Below, in pieces: positions 22,384-34,327 of a DNA stretch of 64,000 bases. The position numbers were made by a program, and so were the translations under genes. A model generated the notes under the pieces. It was not told the DNA's origin and searched no databases. It saw only the letters and a list, made by a program, of their open reading frames with translations. Position 1 is the first letter of the stretch, and each line of letters begins with the position of its first letter. The DNA is from an uncultured beta proteobacterium (GTDB lineage Bacteria > Pseudomonadota > Gammaproteobacteria > Burkholderiales > Casimicrobiaceae): positions 101,619 to 165,618 of the forward strand of contig CAVTFF010000003.1 of assembly GCA_963733985.1 (NCBI GenBank). The letters run 5' to 3'.

Positions 22384-24134
22384 CGCGGCCGCGCACGCCC
22401 TGCGCGGAACGGCGGCGCCCGCGCCGGCGCTGACGACGCTGCCGCGATTCCGCGCGCCGCTCGTGTTCGGTGGGCTCGCGCTGCTGTTCGCCGTGCTCGC
22501 GCTGCGCGTCGCTGTATCTGCAATGGATCGACAACGCGTTTCCTCCAGGAGCAGGGAAGCTCGCGCTACAGCCGCGAGATCGAGGTCCCCGCGCACCGCG
22601 GCCGCATCGTCGACCGCGAGGGCGAGCCGCTCGCGATCTCGACGCCGGTGAAATCGCTGTGGGCATTTCCGGCGCAAGTCGAGGCGACGCCGGGCCAGCT
22701 CGCGCAACTCGCGAAGATTCTCGAGCTCCCGACGCAGGCGCTCGCGCGGAAGCTCGATCGCGCAGGAGGACTTCACGTTCGTCGCCAAGCAGGTGTCGCC
22801 GGAGACCGCAGAGCGGGTGATGGCGCTCGGGATCAAGGGCCTGCACGACCAGAACGAATACCGGCGTTACTACCCCGCCGGCGAATCGATGAGCCACATC
22901 CTGGGCTTCACCGGCGACCACGACGTAGGGCAGGAAGGGATCGAGCTCTCTCAGCAGGCATGGCTCGGCGGGATTCCCGGCAGCCGCCGCGTCATCATCA
23001 ACCGCCGCGGCGACGTGGTCGAGGACGTCGAGGCGATCCGCGCGCCACAGGCCGGCCGCGACCTGGCCCTTGCGATCGACACCCGTCTGCAGTACATCGC
23101 GTTTCGCGAGCTCAAGTCGGCGATCGAGGCAAACCGGGCGAGGGCCGGCGGGCTCGTGATCCTCGATGCGCAGACCGGGGAAATTCTTGCGCTCGCGAAC
23201 TGGCCGACCTACAACCCGAACGCGCGCAACCGTGCGGCTGCGCGAGAAGATGCGCAATCGCGCGCTGACCGACGTGTTCGAGCCGGGATCGACGTTGAAG
23301 CCGTTCACGATCGCCGCGGCACTCGAGGCGGGCACGGATTCGTCCCGACACGGTGATCCAGACGGCGCCCGGCACGCTGACGATCGGTGCCGCGACGATC
23401 CACGACGCGCACGTCAACGGCGCGCTGACCGTCGAGCAGGTGATCCAGAAGTCGTCGAACGTCGGCGCCGCGAAGATCGCACTGTCGCTGCCGCCGGAGA
23501 CGATGTGGCACATGTTTTCCGAGTGCGGGTTCGGTAGTCCGCCGAAGACCGGCTTTCCCGGCGAGGTGGCCGGAAGGCTGCGTCCGGCGAAAACCTGGCG
23601 GCCGATCGAGCAGGCGACGATGGCCTACGGGCACGGCATCTCGGTCAACCTCGTCCAGCTCGCGCGCGCCTACACAGTGTTCGCCGACAACGGTGAACTG
23701 AAGCCCGCTGACGTTGTTCAAAACTGCGGCGGCCGGTCGCGGGCCGCCCCGTCATCAAGCCCGAAACGGCCGCCGCGGTACGCAGGATGCTCGAGATGGC
23801 CGTCATGCCGGGCGGCACCGCGCCCAAGGCGCAGGTGCCCGGCTATCGCGTCGCCGGCAAGACGGGAACCGCGCACAAGCTCGAGGGTCGCGTCTACAGC
23901 AACAAGTACGTGTCGTCGTTCGTCGGATTCGCGCCGGCTTCCAACCCGCGGCTCGTGATCGCGGTGATGATCGATGAGCCTAGCGCCGGCGTCTACTACG
24001 GTGGCGAGGTCGCGGCGCCGGTTTTCTCGGCGGTGACAGGGGCCGCGCTGCGGATGCTGGGCGTCCCCGCCGAGGCGCCCGTCGACAACGTGATCCTTCC
24101 GCCGGAAGGTAGCCGGATCGACGAGGAAACCTGA
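22380..24134 (+). CDS. ftsI: peptidoglycan D,D-transpeptidase FtsI / PBP3 (heavily frame-disrupted)
   Basis: TM LVFGGLALLFAVLALR, RGRIVDREGEPLA, SxxK EPGSTLKP, SSN (KSSNVG), KTGT (AGKTGTA). About 8 frame changes between 22420 and 23760. Confidence 0.9.
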
Positions 24135-25623
24135 TGGCGAGCCTGGCGAGTCACGCGGTCGACGTGCCGGCATTGCTGGCGCGCCTCGGTGAGCGCCCGC
24201 AGCGGATCACAGGCGACAGCCGTCAGGTACGACCGGGCGACGCCTTCGCTGCTTTCCCGGGGACGAAAGCCGACGGCCGCAAGTTCATCGCCGACGCGAT
24301 CGCGCGCGGCGCGTGCGCCGCGCTGTGGGAAGCGCAAGGTTTCCGGTGGAATCCTGATTGGCATGTCGCCAACCACCCGGTCGAGAATCTCCAGGGGAAA
24401 CTCGGTGCGATCGCCGATTTCATCTACGGCAGCCCCTCGCAGGCGCTGTGGATGGTGGGCGTCACCGGCACCAACGGCAAGACTTCGTGCTCGCAGTGGA
24501 TCGCGCAATGCCTCGATCGCTACGGCCGCCGCGCGGCGGTCATCGGCACGCTGGGCAACGGCCTCGTCGGGCGCGCTCGCGACCGCGCACACATACGACG
24601 CCCGACGCCGCGCGCGTGCACGAAATGCTCGCGAGCTACAAGACGGCGGGCGCGCTCGCGGTGGCGATGGAGGTATCGTCGCACGGGCTCGATCAAGGGC
24701 GCGTCAACGGCGTCGCGTTCGACATCGCGATGTTCACGAATCTGACGCGTGACCACCTCGACTACCACGGAACGATGGCGGCCTACGGGGCGGCGAAGGC
24801 GAAGCTCTTCGCCTGGCCGGGACTCCATGCGTCGGTGATCAACGTCGATGATCCGTTCGGCCAGAGCCTCGCCGACGGCGCGAAGGCGCGCGGGCGCGAG
24901 GTGCTCACGTACGGTCTTGCCAATGCGGAGGTCACGGCGACCGCGTTGGCGACTACCACGCAAGGCATCGCGTTGTCGGTGGCGACGCCGCGGGGCCGCG
25001 GCGACGTGCAGACGAAACTCGTCGGCGCCTTCAATGCAGTCAATGTGCTCGGGTGTCTTGCGCGTGCTGCTCGCAAGCGAGGTGCCGCTCGCGGATGCTC
25101 TGGCCGCGCTTGCGCTCGTCGTCCCGCCGCCGGGTCGGATGGAGCGGCTCGGAGGCGGTGACAAAGCGCTCGTCGTCATCGACTACGCGCACTCGCCCGA
25201 TGCGCTGGAGAAGGTGCTGACCGCCCTGCGGCCGGCCGTGGCCGAGGGCGGCGAGCTCGTCTGCGTGTTCGGTTGCGGCGGCGACCGCGACGCGGGCAAA
25301 CGGCCGGAAATGGGCCGCATCGCCGCGGCGCTCTCCGAACGCGTGATCGTCACCAGCGACAATCCGCGCAACCGAGGATCCCGCCGCCATCGCGAGCGCA
25401 ATCGTCCGCGGCATTCGCGAGTCGGGAAGCCGGCACTGGACCGTCGATCTCGATCGCGCGACTGCGATCAACGCGGCGATCTCGGCGCACCGGCCCCGGC
25501 GACGTCGTGCTGATCGCCGGCAAGGGCCACGAGGATTACCAGGAAGTGAATGGCGTCCGGACCCATCTTTTCCGACGCGCGAGACGGCCGCGGCTGCGAT
25601 CAAGGGCCGGAGCGCGCGCATGA
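24134..25623 (+). CDS. murE: UDP-N-acetylmuramoyl-L-alanyl-D-glutamate--2,6-diaminopimelate ligase (frame-disrupted)
   Basis: GVTGTNGKTS, MEVSSHGL, FTNLTRDHLDYHG, VFGCGGDRD, TSDNPR, LIAGKGHEDYQ. About 4-5 frame changes. The 3' end is approximate. Confidence 0.9.
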
Positions 25624-27003
25624 TGGACACCGCAACCGCCGCCCGCGCTGTCGCTGGCAACGTGCACGGTGCGAACGTTCGCTTTCTGCGCGTGACGACC
25701 GATACGCGCGGGCTCGTTCCCGGCGATCTCTTCGTCGCGTTGAAGGGCGAGCACTTCGACGGCCACGATTTCGTCGCGGCGGCGCAGGCGCGCGGTGCGA
25801 GCGCGGCCCTGGTCGCGGCCGACCGCGCCTTCGAGTTTCAGGGCAACCTGATCGCCGCGCCGGATCCGCTTGCGGCGCTGGGCGCGCTCGCCGCGCACTG
25901 GCGCACGCAGTTCGCGATTCCCGTCATCGTCATCGCCGGCAGCAACGGCAAGACGACGGTCAAGGAGATGCTGCGCCGCCGTCCTGCGCCGTCACTACGG
26001 TGCCGATGCCGTGCTCGCGACGGCGGGCAATTTCAACAACGCGATCGGCTTGCCGCTGACGCTCCTGTCGCTCCGCGCTCCGCACCGCGTCGCCGCGATC
26101 GAGCTCGGGATGAACCATCGCGGCGAGACGGCAGCGCTCGCGGCGATCGCGCAGACCGACCGTCGCGCTCATCAACAACGCGCAGCGCGAGCACCAGGAA
26201 TTCATGGTGAGCATCGCAGACGTCGCCGCCGAGCACGCCGATCTGATCCGTGCGCTTCTTCCGGGTGGCGTGGCGGTCATCAATGCCGACGATGCGTTTG
26301 TCGACGTCTGGCGCGACGCGGCGCGCGACGGCGAGCGCGTCGGCGCAGTCGAATTCGGGCTCGACCATCCGGCGGCGGTGCGTGGACGCTACACGACGAG
26401 CGATGTCGGCGGGACGCTCGAAGTCGACCACGCCCGCGGGCGATGCAACGATCGCGCTGGCCGCGCAGGGCCGGCACAACGCAAGCAATGCACTCGCGGC
26501 GACGACCGCGGCACTCGCCATCGGCGTGCCGCTCGCCGCGGTCGTCGGCGGCCTCGAATCATTCCGGCCGATCGGCGGGCGGCTCACGGTGACGCGAGCG
26601 GCGAGCGGCGCCGCCGTGATCGACGATACGTACAACGCAAACCCGGATTCGGTGCGCGCCGCGATCGACGTCCTGGCGGGCGCGCCGTCGCCGAAATGGC
26701 TGGTGCTGGGGGACATGGGGGAAGTCGGCGCGCAAGGACCGGCGTTCCACCGCGAGGCGGGCGCCTATGCGCGCGAGCGCGGCATCGATCGACTGCTCAC
26801 GACCGGTACGCTCGCCGCGGACGCTGCCGCGGCATTCGGCGCCGGCGCGGAGCATTTTGCGACGCTCGAAGCGCTGCGCCGATCATCTGACGGCCGGCGC
26901 GCGGGCAGGAACGACCGTTCTGGTGAAGGGCTCGCGCTTCATGCGGATGGAACGCGTCGTCGCCGCGCTCGCCGGCCGTAGCGCGGTCGAGGGAGCGCAC
27001 TGA
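25620..27003 (+). CDS. murF: UDP-N-acetylmuramoyl-tripeptide--D-alanyl-D-alanine ligase (frame-disrupted)
   Basis: [84 protein letters not shown]. About 4 frame changes. The stop overlaps the mraY ATG. Confidence 0.9.
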
Positions 27004-28168
27004 TGCTCCTCTTTCTCGCCGATCTCCTCGCGAAGGACGTACGCGCGTTCAACGTCTTCGGCTACCTGACGCTGCGCGCGGTGCTGGCGTGCATGACCGC
27101 GCTTTTCATCTCGTTCATCGTCGGGCCCGCGGATGATCGCGTGGCTCTCGCGAATGAAGATCGGCCAGGCGGTGCGCGACGACGGTCCGCAGACGCATCT
27201 CGCGAAGGCGGGAACGCCGACGATGGGCGGCGCGCTGATTCTGGTGTCGATCGCGGTCACGACGCTGCTGTGGGGCGATCTCGCCAACCGCTTCGTGTGG
27301 GTCGTGCTGCTCGTAACGCTGGGCTACGGCGCGATCGGCTGGATCGACGACTACCGGAAGGTCGCACGTCGCAATCCGAAGGGGCTCTCCGCGCGCTCGA
27401 AATTCCTCTGGCAGTCGGTGATCGGTCTCGTCGCCGCCCTGTATCTCGCGTTCTCGGTGTCGGCTCCCGACAACACCCAGCTGCAGCGACTGTTCTTCGC
27501 ATGGATAGGCAGCGGCTTCAACGTCAACCTTTCGCCGAAGACCGACTTGATCGTGCCGTTCTTCAAGACCGTTTCGTATCCGCTCGGCATCTGGGGCTTC
27601 ATCGCGCTCACCTACTGCGTGATCGTCGGCACCAGCAATGCCGTCAACCTGACCGATGGGCTCGACGGGCTTGCGATCATGCCGACGGTGATGATCGGCG
27701 CGGCGCTCGGCATCTTCGCCTACGTGAGCGGCAATGCGATTTTCGCGCGCTACCTGCAGTTTCCGCTCATTCCCGGCGCCGGCGAGCTGGCCGTGATCTG
27801 CGGCGCGCTGGCCGGCGCCGGGCTGGGCTTCCTCTGGTTCAACGCGTATCCGGCCGAAGTGTTCATGGGCGACGTCGGCGCGCTGTCGCTCGGCGCGGCG
27901 CTGGGGACGATGGCCGTGATCGTGCGCCAGGAGATCGTGCTGTTCATCATGGGCGGCGTGTTCGTCGTCGAGACGCTGTCGGTGATGATCCAGGTTGCGT
28001 CGTTCAAGCTCACCGGCAAACGCGTGTTCCGGATGGCGCCGATCCACCATCACTACGAATTGAAAGGCTGGAAGGAGAACCAGGTGGTGGTGCGGTTCTG
28101 GATCATCACGATGCTGCTCGTCCTGTTCGGTCTTCGAGCGCTGCTCGACGCTGACAGCTGGCGCATGA
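27003..28168 (+). CDS. mraY: phospho-N-acetylmuramoyl-pentapeptide transferase (frame-disrupted)
   Basis: [51 protein letters not shown]. Frame change near 27130. The ORF as printed runs to 28257, but a third frame gives ...STLTAGA and a stop at 28166-28168, which fits MraY C-termini better. The 3' end is therefore uncertain. Confidence 0.85.
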
Positions 28169-28245
28169 ACGGCCCCACGCTCACTGCGTTCGCTGCCCCC
28201 GAGGGGGCGCCCAGTGCCCCTTCGGGCGGCCGGGCGGGCACTGAG
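28165..28245 (+). repeat. structured intergenic repeat, family A copy 1 (mraY stop to murD start)
   Basis: 5' module ATGAACGGCCCCACGCTC; hairpin GCCCCC-GA-GGGGGC (28195-28208); second stem CAGTGCCC (28212-28219) / GGGCACTG (28236-28243). The same modules occur at 45781-45928. Confidence 0.75.
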
Positions 28246-28257
28246 ATGGACTATTAG

Positions 28258-29646
28258 ATGGACTTTCGGGCGCAACGTCGTCGTGCTCGGGCTCGGGCTT
28301 ACCGGGTTCTCGCTCGCGCGCCATCTCGCGGCGCGCGGCGCGACGGTGCGTGTCGCCGATACGCGGGCGGCGCCGCCTTTCGCCGACCGGCTCCAGGCGA
28401 AGCTGCCCGGCGTGTCGGTGACGACGGGCTCCTTCACCGAGGCGACGTTTGCCGGCGCGGACATGATCGCCATCAGTCCCGGCGTCGCCAAGGATGGCCG
28501 GAAATCGACGCGGCGGTCGCGCGCGGCGCCGAGCTCGTCGGCGACATCGAGCTCTTCGCGCGCGTCGCTGCCGGCGACCCAGAACGTGCTCGCGATCACC
28601 GGATCGAACGGCAAGACGACGGTGACCGCGCTGACGGGGGCACTCGTCCGCGCCGCAGGGCTCGACGACGATCGTCGCCGGCAACATCGGCGACGCGGTG
28701 CTCGACGCGCTGCCACGCGGCGGCATCTGGCCGGACGTGTTCGTGCTCGAGCTGTCGAGCTTCCAGCTGGAGACGACGGCGGCGCTCGCGCCGGTCGCGG
28801 CGACGGTGTCTGAACGTCAGCGAGAACCATCTCGATCGCTACGCGCGGCATCGACGACTACGCGGCCGCGAAGGCGCGGATCTTCGGAAGGGGCGGCATC
28901 CAGGTGCTCAATCGCGACGATCCGCGCTCGCTCGCGATGCGCATTCCCGGGCGTCTCGTGCAGACATTCGGCGCGGGATCGCCGGAATCCGAAGAGTCGT
29001 GGGGTCTCGTCGATCGCGCCGGCAACGGCCGTGACGTGTGGCTCGCCCGGGGCAGCGCGCTCCTGTTGCCGGTCGCCGATCTCGAGCTCGTCGGGTCGGC
29101 ACAATGCGATTGAACGCGCTTGCGGCGCTCGCGCTCGCGTCGGCCGTGACGCCCGTCAAGCGCGACGCCCTCGCGGCGCTCGCCCGCTTCGAGGGCCTGC
29201 CGCATCGAATGCAGCGGATCGCGGAAGCGGGCGGCGTCCTCTACGTCGACGACTCGAAGGGCACGACGGTCGCCGCGACGCAGGCCGCGCTCGACGGACT
29301 CGAGCGGCCCGTGGTGCTGATCGCGGGCGGCGACGGAAAGGGACAGGACTTCTCGCCGCTCCGCACGGCGGTCGACGCCCGTTGCCGCGCGGTACTGCTG
29401 ATCGGCCGCGACGCGCCGGCAATCGAGCGCGCGCTCGCCGGATCGCGCGCCGAAGTCGAGCAGCTCGGGGACGCTCGACGCGGCGGTGGTGCGTGCGTTC
29501 GAGCTCGCGAAGCCCGGTGACGCGGTGCGTCCTGTCCCCGGCGTGCGCGAGCCTCGACCAGTTCGAGAACTATGTCGAGCGCGGTCGAACGCTTCGTCGC
29601 GAAGGTTCGCGCCCATCTCGCGCTGGAGACGACGCCGCATGCGTGA
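28258..29646 (+). CDS. murD: UDP-N-acetylmuramoylalanine--D-glutamate ligase (heavily frame-disrupted)
   Basis: MDF(R)[87 protein letters not shown]. About 9 frame changes, the first immediately after the start codon. Confidence 0.85.
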
Positions 29647-30883
29647 CGGGATCGCCGCGATCGCGACGCGAGAGCCCAGGGGCTTGCCGGCGGCGGCCGG
29701 TTCGCTCTTCGCGCTGCCGCGTCATCCGCGGACGATGCTCGCTTACGACGCCTCGCTCGCTTGGGCGACGCTGCTGCTCCTTGCCGCGGGCGTCGTGATG
29801 GTCTATTCGGCGTCCATCGCGAGCGCCGAAGCGTCGTCGCATACCGGCTTTCACGCGTGGTATTTCCTGCTGCGGCATGCGATTTTCGTGGCTGCGGGCC
29901 TCGCCGCCGCGCTGGTCGCGTTCCAGATACCGATGAAAGCCTGGCAGCACGCGGCCCCGTGGCTGTTCGGTGCAGCGTTCGTGCTGCTCGTGCTGGTGCT
30001 GGTGCCGGGTATCGGCCGGTCCGTCAACGGCAGCCGCCGCTGGCTGTCGCTCGTCGTCATCAATCTGCAGCCATCGGAACTGATGAAGCTCGCCGTTGTC
30101 CTGTACGCGGCAAGCTACGCGGTGCGCAAGGCCGCCTTCCTGCATGCGCAACAGCCGTTGAAGCAGACGCTGCTGCGCGGCTTCCTGCCGCTGTTCGCGG
30201 TGATGATGGCAACCGGCGCCTTGTTGCTCCTCGAGCCGGACTTCGGCGCGTTCGTCGTCATCGTCGCGATTGCCTTCGCGATCCTGTTCCTGGGGGGTCT
30301 CGACTGGCGACTCTTCCTCGGGCTTCTGCTGTTGCTGCCGCTCGGTCTGTCCGCGATCCTGGTTGCAGCGCCGTACCGGCTGCAGCGGCTCGTCGCATTT
30401 CTCGATCCGTGGTCCGATCCTTTCGGCAAGGGCTATCAGCTTTCGCACTCGCTGATCGCCTTCGGGCGCGGCGAATGGCTCGGGGTGGGCTTGGGCGCGA
30501 GCGTCGAAAAGCTCCTGTACCTGCCGGAGGCGCACACCGATTTCCTGCTCGCCGTGATCGCGGAGGAACTGGGCTTCGCGGGCGTACTCGCGATCCTTGG
30601 CCTTTTCGTCTGGCTCCTCTTTCGCGCGTACGCGATCGGACGGCAGGCGGCGCGGCTCGAGCGTTCGTTCGCGGCGCTGGTCGCGCTTGGCATCGGAATC
30701 TGGATCGGTGTGCAGGCGCTGATCAACATCGGCGTCAACATGGGAATGTTGCCGACGAAGGGACTCACGCTGCCGCTCCTGTCGTTCGGCGGATCGGGGA
30801 TCGTCGCCAACTGCGTCGCAATCGCGATCCTCATGCGGGTCGATTACGAGAATCGACGATTGCTGCGGGGATTTGCGGTATGA
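29639..30883 (+). CDS. ftsW: peptidoglycan glycosyltransferase FtsW (SEDS family)
   Basis: Intact, multi-[61 protein letters not shown]. The ATG overlaps the murD stop region. Confidence 0.9.
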   Translation: MRDGIAAIATREPRGLPAAAGSLFALPRHPRTMLAYDASLAWATLLLLAAGVVMVYSASIASAEASSHTGFHAWYFLLRHAIFVAAGLAAALVAFQIPMKAWQHAAPWLFGAAFVLLVLVLVPGIGRSVNGSRRWLSLVVINLQPSELMKLAVVLYAASYAVRKAAFLHAQQPLKQTLLRGFLPLFAVMMATGALLLLEPDFGAFVVIVAIAFAILFLGGLDWRLFLGLLLLLPLGLSAILVAAPYRLQRLVAFLDPWSDPFGKGYQLSHSLIAFGRGEWLGVGLGASVEKLLYLPEAHTDFLLAVIAEELGFAGVLAILGLFVWLLFRAYAIGRQAARLERSFAALVALGIGIWIGVQALINIGVNMGMLPTKGLTLPLLSFGGSGIVANCVAIAILMRVDYENRRLLRGFAV

Positions 30884-30914
30884 GCGCCCTCCCGCTGCGA
30901 CGAGGTGCAGGCGC

Positions 30915-32000
30915 ATGACCGGCACCGTGATGATCACGACGGGCGGCACCGGGGGCCACGTGTTTCCCGGGCTCGCGGTCGCGGCGAAGCTGATCGCGCG
31001 CGACTGGCGCGTCTTCTGGGTGGGCTCGAAGGGCGGCATGGAGGCGAGGCTCGTCGTGCAGCACAAAATCGCCTTCGAGGGCATTTCGTTCGGAGGCATC
31101 CGCGGCAAGGGGCTGCGCCAACTCGTGCTCGGGCCGCTCGCGCTTCTCGCAGCGTGCGGGCAAAGCCTGAAGATCATTCGCCGCCGGGCACCCGATGTCG
31201 TACTCGGGTTCGGGGGATTCGCATCGTTTCCCGGCGCGCTGATGGGCGTGGCGGCGGCGAAGCCACTCGTGCTGCACGAAGCCAATGCGATCGCGGGCCT
31301 TGCGAATCGAGTCCTCGCTTACGGCGCCGACCGCATCCTCGTCGGCTTTCCCGACGCCTTCGCAGGTCGCCACGCGGCGAAAATCGAGTGGGTCGGCAAC
31401 CCGCTGCGCGACGCGATCTCCCGCGTGCCGCCGCCCGAAACGCGATTCGCGGGGCGCACCGGCCCGCTGCGGTTGCTGGTCGTGGGCGGAAGTCTCGGCG
31501 CCGTCGGTTTGAACGAGCGCGTGCCGGCGGCGCTTTCGCTGCTGCCGCCGACGGCGCGCCCGCGGGTCGTCCATCAGGCGGGCGAAAAGCACATCGACGC
31601 GTTGCGAGAGGCGTACGCGGCTGCCGGCGTCGACGCCGAGTGCATTCCGTTCATCGACGACATCGCCTCCCGCTACGCCGAGGCCGACGTCGCGCTCTGT
31701 CGCGGCGGCGCGATGACGATCGCGGAGCTTGCGGCGGCCGGCGTTGCCGCGATCGTCGTACCGCTGCCGGGTGCGATCGCCGACGAGCAGAGCGCCAATG
31801 CGGCGTTTCTCGTGAATGCCGGCGCCGCGGTACGGATTGCGCAGGCCGAGCTCACGCCGCAACGCCTCGCCGAGCGGCTTTCGTCGCTCACTCGCGAAAC
31901 GCTCCTCGCGATGGCGACCGCCGCCCGCCGCGTCGGCCGCCGGGACGCCGCGGATCGCGTCGCCGACGCGTGCATTGCGCTGGGGACGAAGGTGCGATGA
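30915..32000 (+). CDS. murG: undecaprenyldiphospho-muramoylpentapeptide beta-N-acetylglucosaminyltransferase
   Basis: Intact. [44 protein letters not shown]. The start is chosen at Met 30915 of ORF 30873..32000. Confidence 0.9.
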   Translation: MTGTVMITTGGTGGHVFPGLAVAAKLIARDWRVFWVGSKGGMEARLVVQHKIAFEGISFGGIRGKGLRQLVLGPLALLAACGQSLKIIRRRAPDVVLGFGGFASFPGALMGVAAAKPLVLHEANAIAGLANRVLAYGADRILVGFPDAFAGRHAAKIEWVGNPLRDAISRVPPPETRFAGRTGPLRLLVVGGSLGAVGLNERVPAALSLLPPTARPRVVHQAGEKHIDALREAYAAAGVDAECIPFIDDIASRYAEADVALCRGGAMTIAELAAAGVAAIVVPLPGAIADEQSANAAFLVNAGAAVRIAQAELTPQRLAERLSSLTRETLLAMATAARRVGRRDAADRVADACIALGTKVR

Positions 32001-33379
32001 AGCACAAGGTCAAGCGCGTTCATTTCGTCGGCGTCGGCGGGGCCGGCATGAGCGGCATCGCCGAAGTACTTGCGACGCAGGGCTACCAGGTGTCGGGATC
32101 GGACATTGCCGCGAGCGCCGCTACTCGCCGCCTCGCGGGACTCGGCGTCGCCATTGCGATCGGTCACGATGCGGCGCACGTGGCGCGCGCGGACGCCGTC
32201 GTCGTGTCGACGGCGGTTGCTCCGGACAATCCCGAGGTCGTCGCCGCGCGCGAACGGGGCGTGCCCGTCGTGCCCCGCGCGTTGATGCTGGCGGAGCTGA
32301 TGCGATTGAAGACGGGAATCGCCGTCGCCGGGACGCACGGCAAGACGACGACAACAAGCCTCATTGCCTCGGTGCTGGCCGAAGGCGGCCTCGATCCGAC
32401 GTTCGTGATCGGCGGCCGCCTCCTTTCCGCCGACGCGAACGCGCGCCTCGGCAAAGGCGATTTTCTCGTCGCCGAAGCCGACGAGTCCGACGCGTCGTTC
32501 CTGTACCTGTCGCCGGCGCTGGCGGTGATCACCAATATCGACGCCGACCACATGGAGACCTACGGCCACGATTTTGGCAGGCTCACGCGCGCGTTCGTCG
32601 ATTTCGCGCAGAGATTGCCGTTCTACGGCGTCGCCGTGCTGTGCGTCGACGATGCGAACGTGCGCGCGATTGCGCCGTCGATCGCGCGGCCGATCGTGAG
32701 CTACGGCCTCGCTGCCGAGGCACGCCTGCGCGCGGTCGACGTCGCCAATCACGGCGGGCGGATGCGGTTCGTCGCGCGCACGACCGGCAAGCCGGACTTG
32801 GCGGTCGATCTCAATCTACCCGGCGTGCACAACGTCCAGAACGCCCTCGCTGCGATCGCGATCGGGCGCGAGCTTGGGGTCGCCGATACGGCGATCGCGA
32901 AGGCGCTGGCGGAATTCCACGGCGTCGGCCGCAGGTTCCAGCGTTACGGCGACGTGGCGCTCGCCGCCGGCGGCTCGTATACGCTGATCGACGACTACGG
33001 CCATCATCCGGTCGAAATGGCGGCGACCATCGCCGCCGCGCGCGGCAGCTTCCCCGGCCGGCGTCTCGTGCTCGCGTTCCAGCCCCACCGCTATACGCGC
33101 ACGCGCGACCTGTTCGAGGATTTCGTCACCGTTCTCTCGGCGGCCGACGTGCTGATCCTCACCGACGTCTATCCGGCCGGCGAGCAGCCGATCGTTGCGG
33201 CGGATGGGCGTGCCCTTTCGCGGGCCGTTCGCGTCGCCGGAAAAACGGAGCCGGTGTTCGTCGAGACCGTCGCGCAGGTGGCGGACGCGATCAACGCCGT
33301 CGTTCGCGCCGGCGACGTCGTCGTCACGATGGGCGCGGGATCGATCGGCCAGGTGCCCGCGCAGCTGGTGGCCGCATGA
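31997..33379 (+). CDS. murC: UDP-N-acetylmuramate--L-alanine ligase
   Basis: Intact. [49 protein letters not shown]. The ATG overlaps the murG stop (ATGA). Confidence 0.92.
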   Translation: MKHKVKRVHFVGVGGAGMSGIAEVLATQGYQVSGSDIAASAATRRLAGLGVAIAIGHDAAHVARADAVVVSTAVAPDNPEVVAARERGVPVVPRALMLAELMRLKTGIAVAGTHGKTTTTSLIASVLAEGGLDPTFVIGGRLLSADANARLGKGDFLVAEADESDASFLYLSPALAVITNIDADHMETYGHDFGRLTRAFVDFAQRLPFYGVAVLCVDDANVRAIAPSIARPIVSYGLAAEARLRAVDVANHGGRMRFVARTTGKPDLAVDLNLPGVHNVQNALAAIAIGRELGVADTAIAKALAEFHGVGRRFQRYGDVALAAGGSYTLIDDYGHHPVEMAATIAAARGSFPGRRLVLAFQPHRYTRTRDLFEDFVTVLSAADVLILTDVYPAGEQPIVAADGRALSRAVRVAGKTEPVFVETVAQVADAINAVVRAGDVVVTMGAGSIGQVPAQLVAA

Positions 33380-34293
33380 TGATGAACGAGCCGCGCCAGT
33401 TCGAAGCGCTCCGCGGCACGCTGACGCGCGGGGCGCCGCTCGCGCGCTACACGAGCTGGCGCTGCGGGGGCGCGGGCGATCGTGTCTACGTTCCGGCCGA
33501 CCGCGACGACCTTGCGGTGTTCGTCCGCCAGCTTCCGCCAGACGAGCCGCTGATCGTCATCGGCCTCGGCAGCAACCTGCTGATCCGCGACGGGGGCGTT
33601 CGGGGCACCGTTGTCGTCCTTCACGCGGCGTTGAACGCGCTCGACTTGCGCGACGGCCTGATCCACGCCGAGGCGGGGGTCGCGAGCCCGAAGGTCTCCC
33701 GCTTCGCAGCCCGCCACGACCGCATGGGCGCGGAGTTCCTGGCGGGCATCCCGGGCACCGTCGGCGGGGCGCTCGCGATGAACGCAGGCTGTTACGGCGG
33801 CGAGACGTGGCGTTTCGTCGCGCGGGTCGAGGTGCTCCGGCGCGACGGGACCTTCGAAGAGCGAGCGCCGACCGCGTACACGATTGGCTATCGCTCGGTC
33901 CGCCGCGCGGACGGCCGCGCGCCGGACGGCATCTTCGTCGCGGCGTGGTTCGATTTTCCGGCAGGAGACGGTCATGCGGCGCGCGAGCGCATTCGCGCCC
34001 TCCTTGCGCGTCGCATCGCGACGCAGCCGCTCGACCTGCCCAATGCCGGCAGCGTATTCCGCAATCCGGAAGGCGACCACGCGGCGCGCCTGATCGAGGC
34101 GTGCGGGCTGAAGGGCTATGCGGTCGGCGGCGCGCGCGTGTCGGAAAAGCACGCCAATTTCATCGTCAATCCGGGCGGTCGGGCGAAGGCCGCCGACATC
34201 GAGGCAATCATCGCGCACGTACGCGAAACAGTGCGCGCAAGAACCGGCGTCGAGCTCGAAGCCGAAGTGCGGGTCATCGGGGAGGGACGATGA
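33376..34293 (+). CDS. murB: UDP-N-acetylenolpyruvoylglucosamine reductase
   Basis: Intact, 305 aa. [53 protein letters not shown]. The ATG overlaps the murC stop. Confidence 0.9.
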   Translation: MMMNEPRQFEALRGTLTRGAPLARYTSWRCGGAGDRVYVPADRDDLAVFVRQLPPDEPLIVIGLGSNLLIRDGGVRGTVVVLHAALNALDLRDGLIHAEAGVASPKVSRFAARHDRMGAEFLAGIPGTVGGALAMNAGCYGGETWRFVARVEVLRRDGTFEERAPTAYTIGYRSVRRADGRAPDGIFVAAWFDFPAGDGHAARERIRALLARRIATQPLDLPNAGSVFRNPEGDHAARLIEACGLKGYAVGGARVSEKHANFIVNPGGRAKAADIEAIIAHVRETVRARTGVELEAEVRVIGEGR

Positions 34294-34327
34294 GCGCGTT
34301 CGCCAACCTCGAAGACCTGGGGCTTCG

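Noticed and set aside
28165-28257. Mini-ORFs inside the family A repeats (30 aa from ATG 28165; 48 aa from ATG 45781), both containing ...PEGA....
   Set aside because: The shared peptide only reflects the shared nucleotides. The two copies differ by indels that are not multiples of three, and they terminate at non-equivalent stops. The conserved features are the paired stems, not a reading frame.
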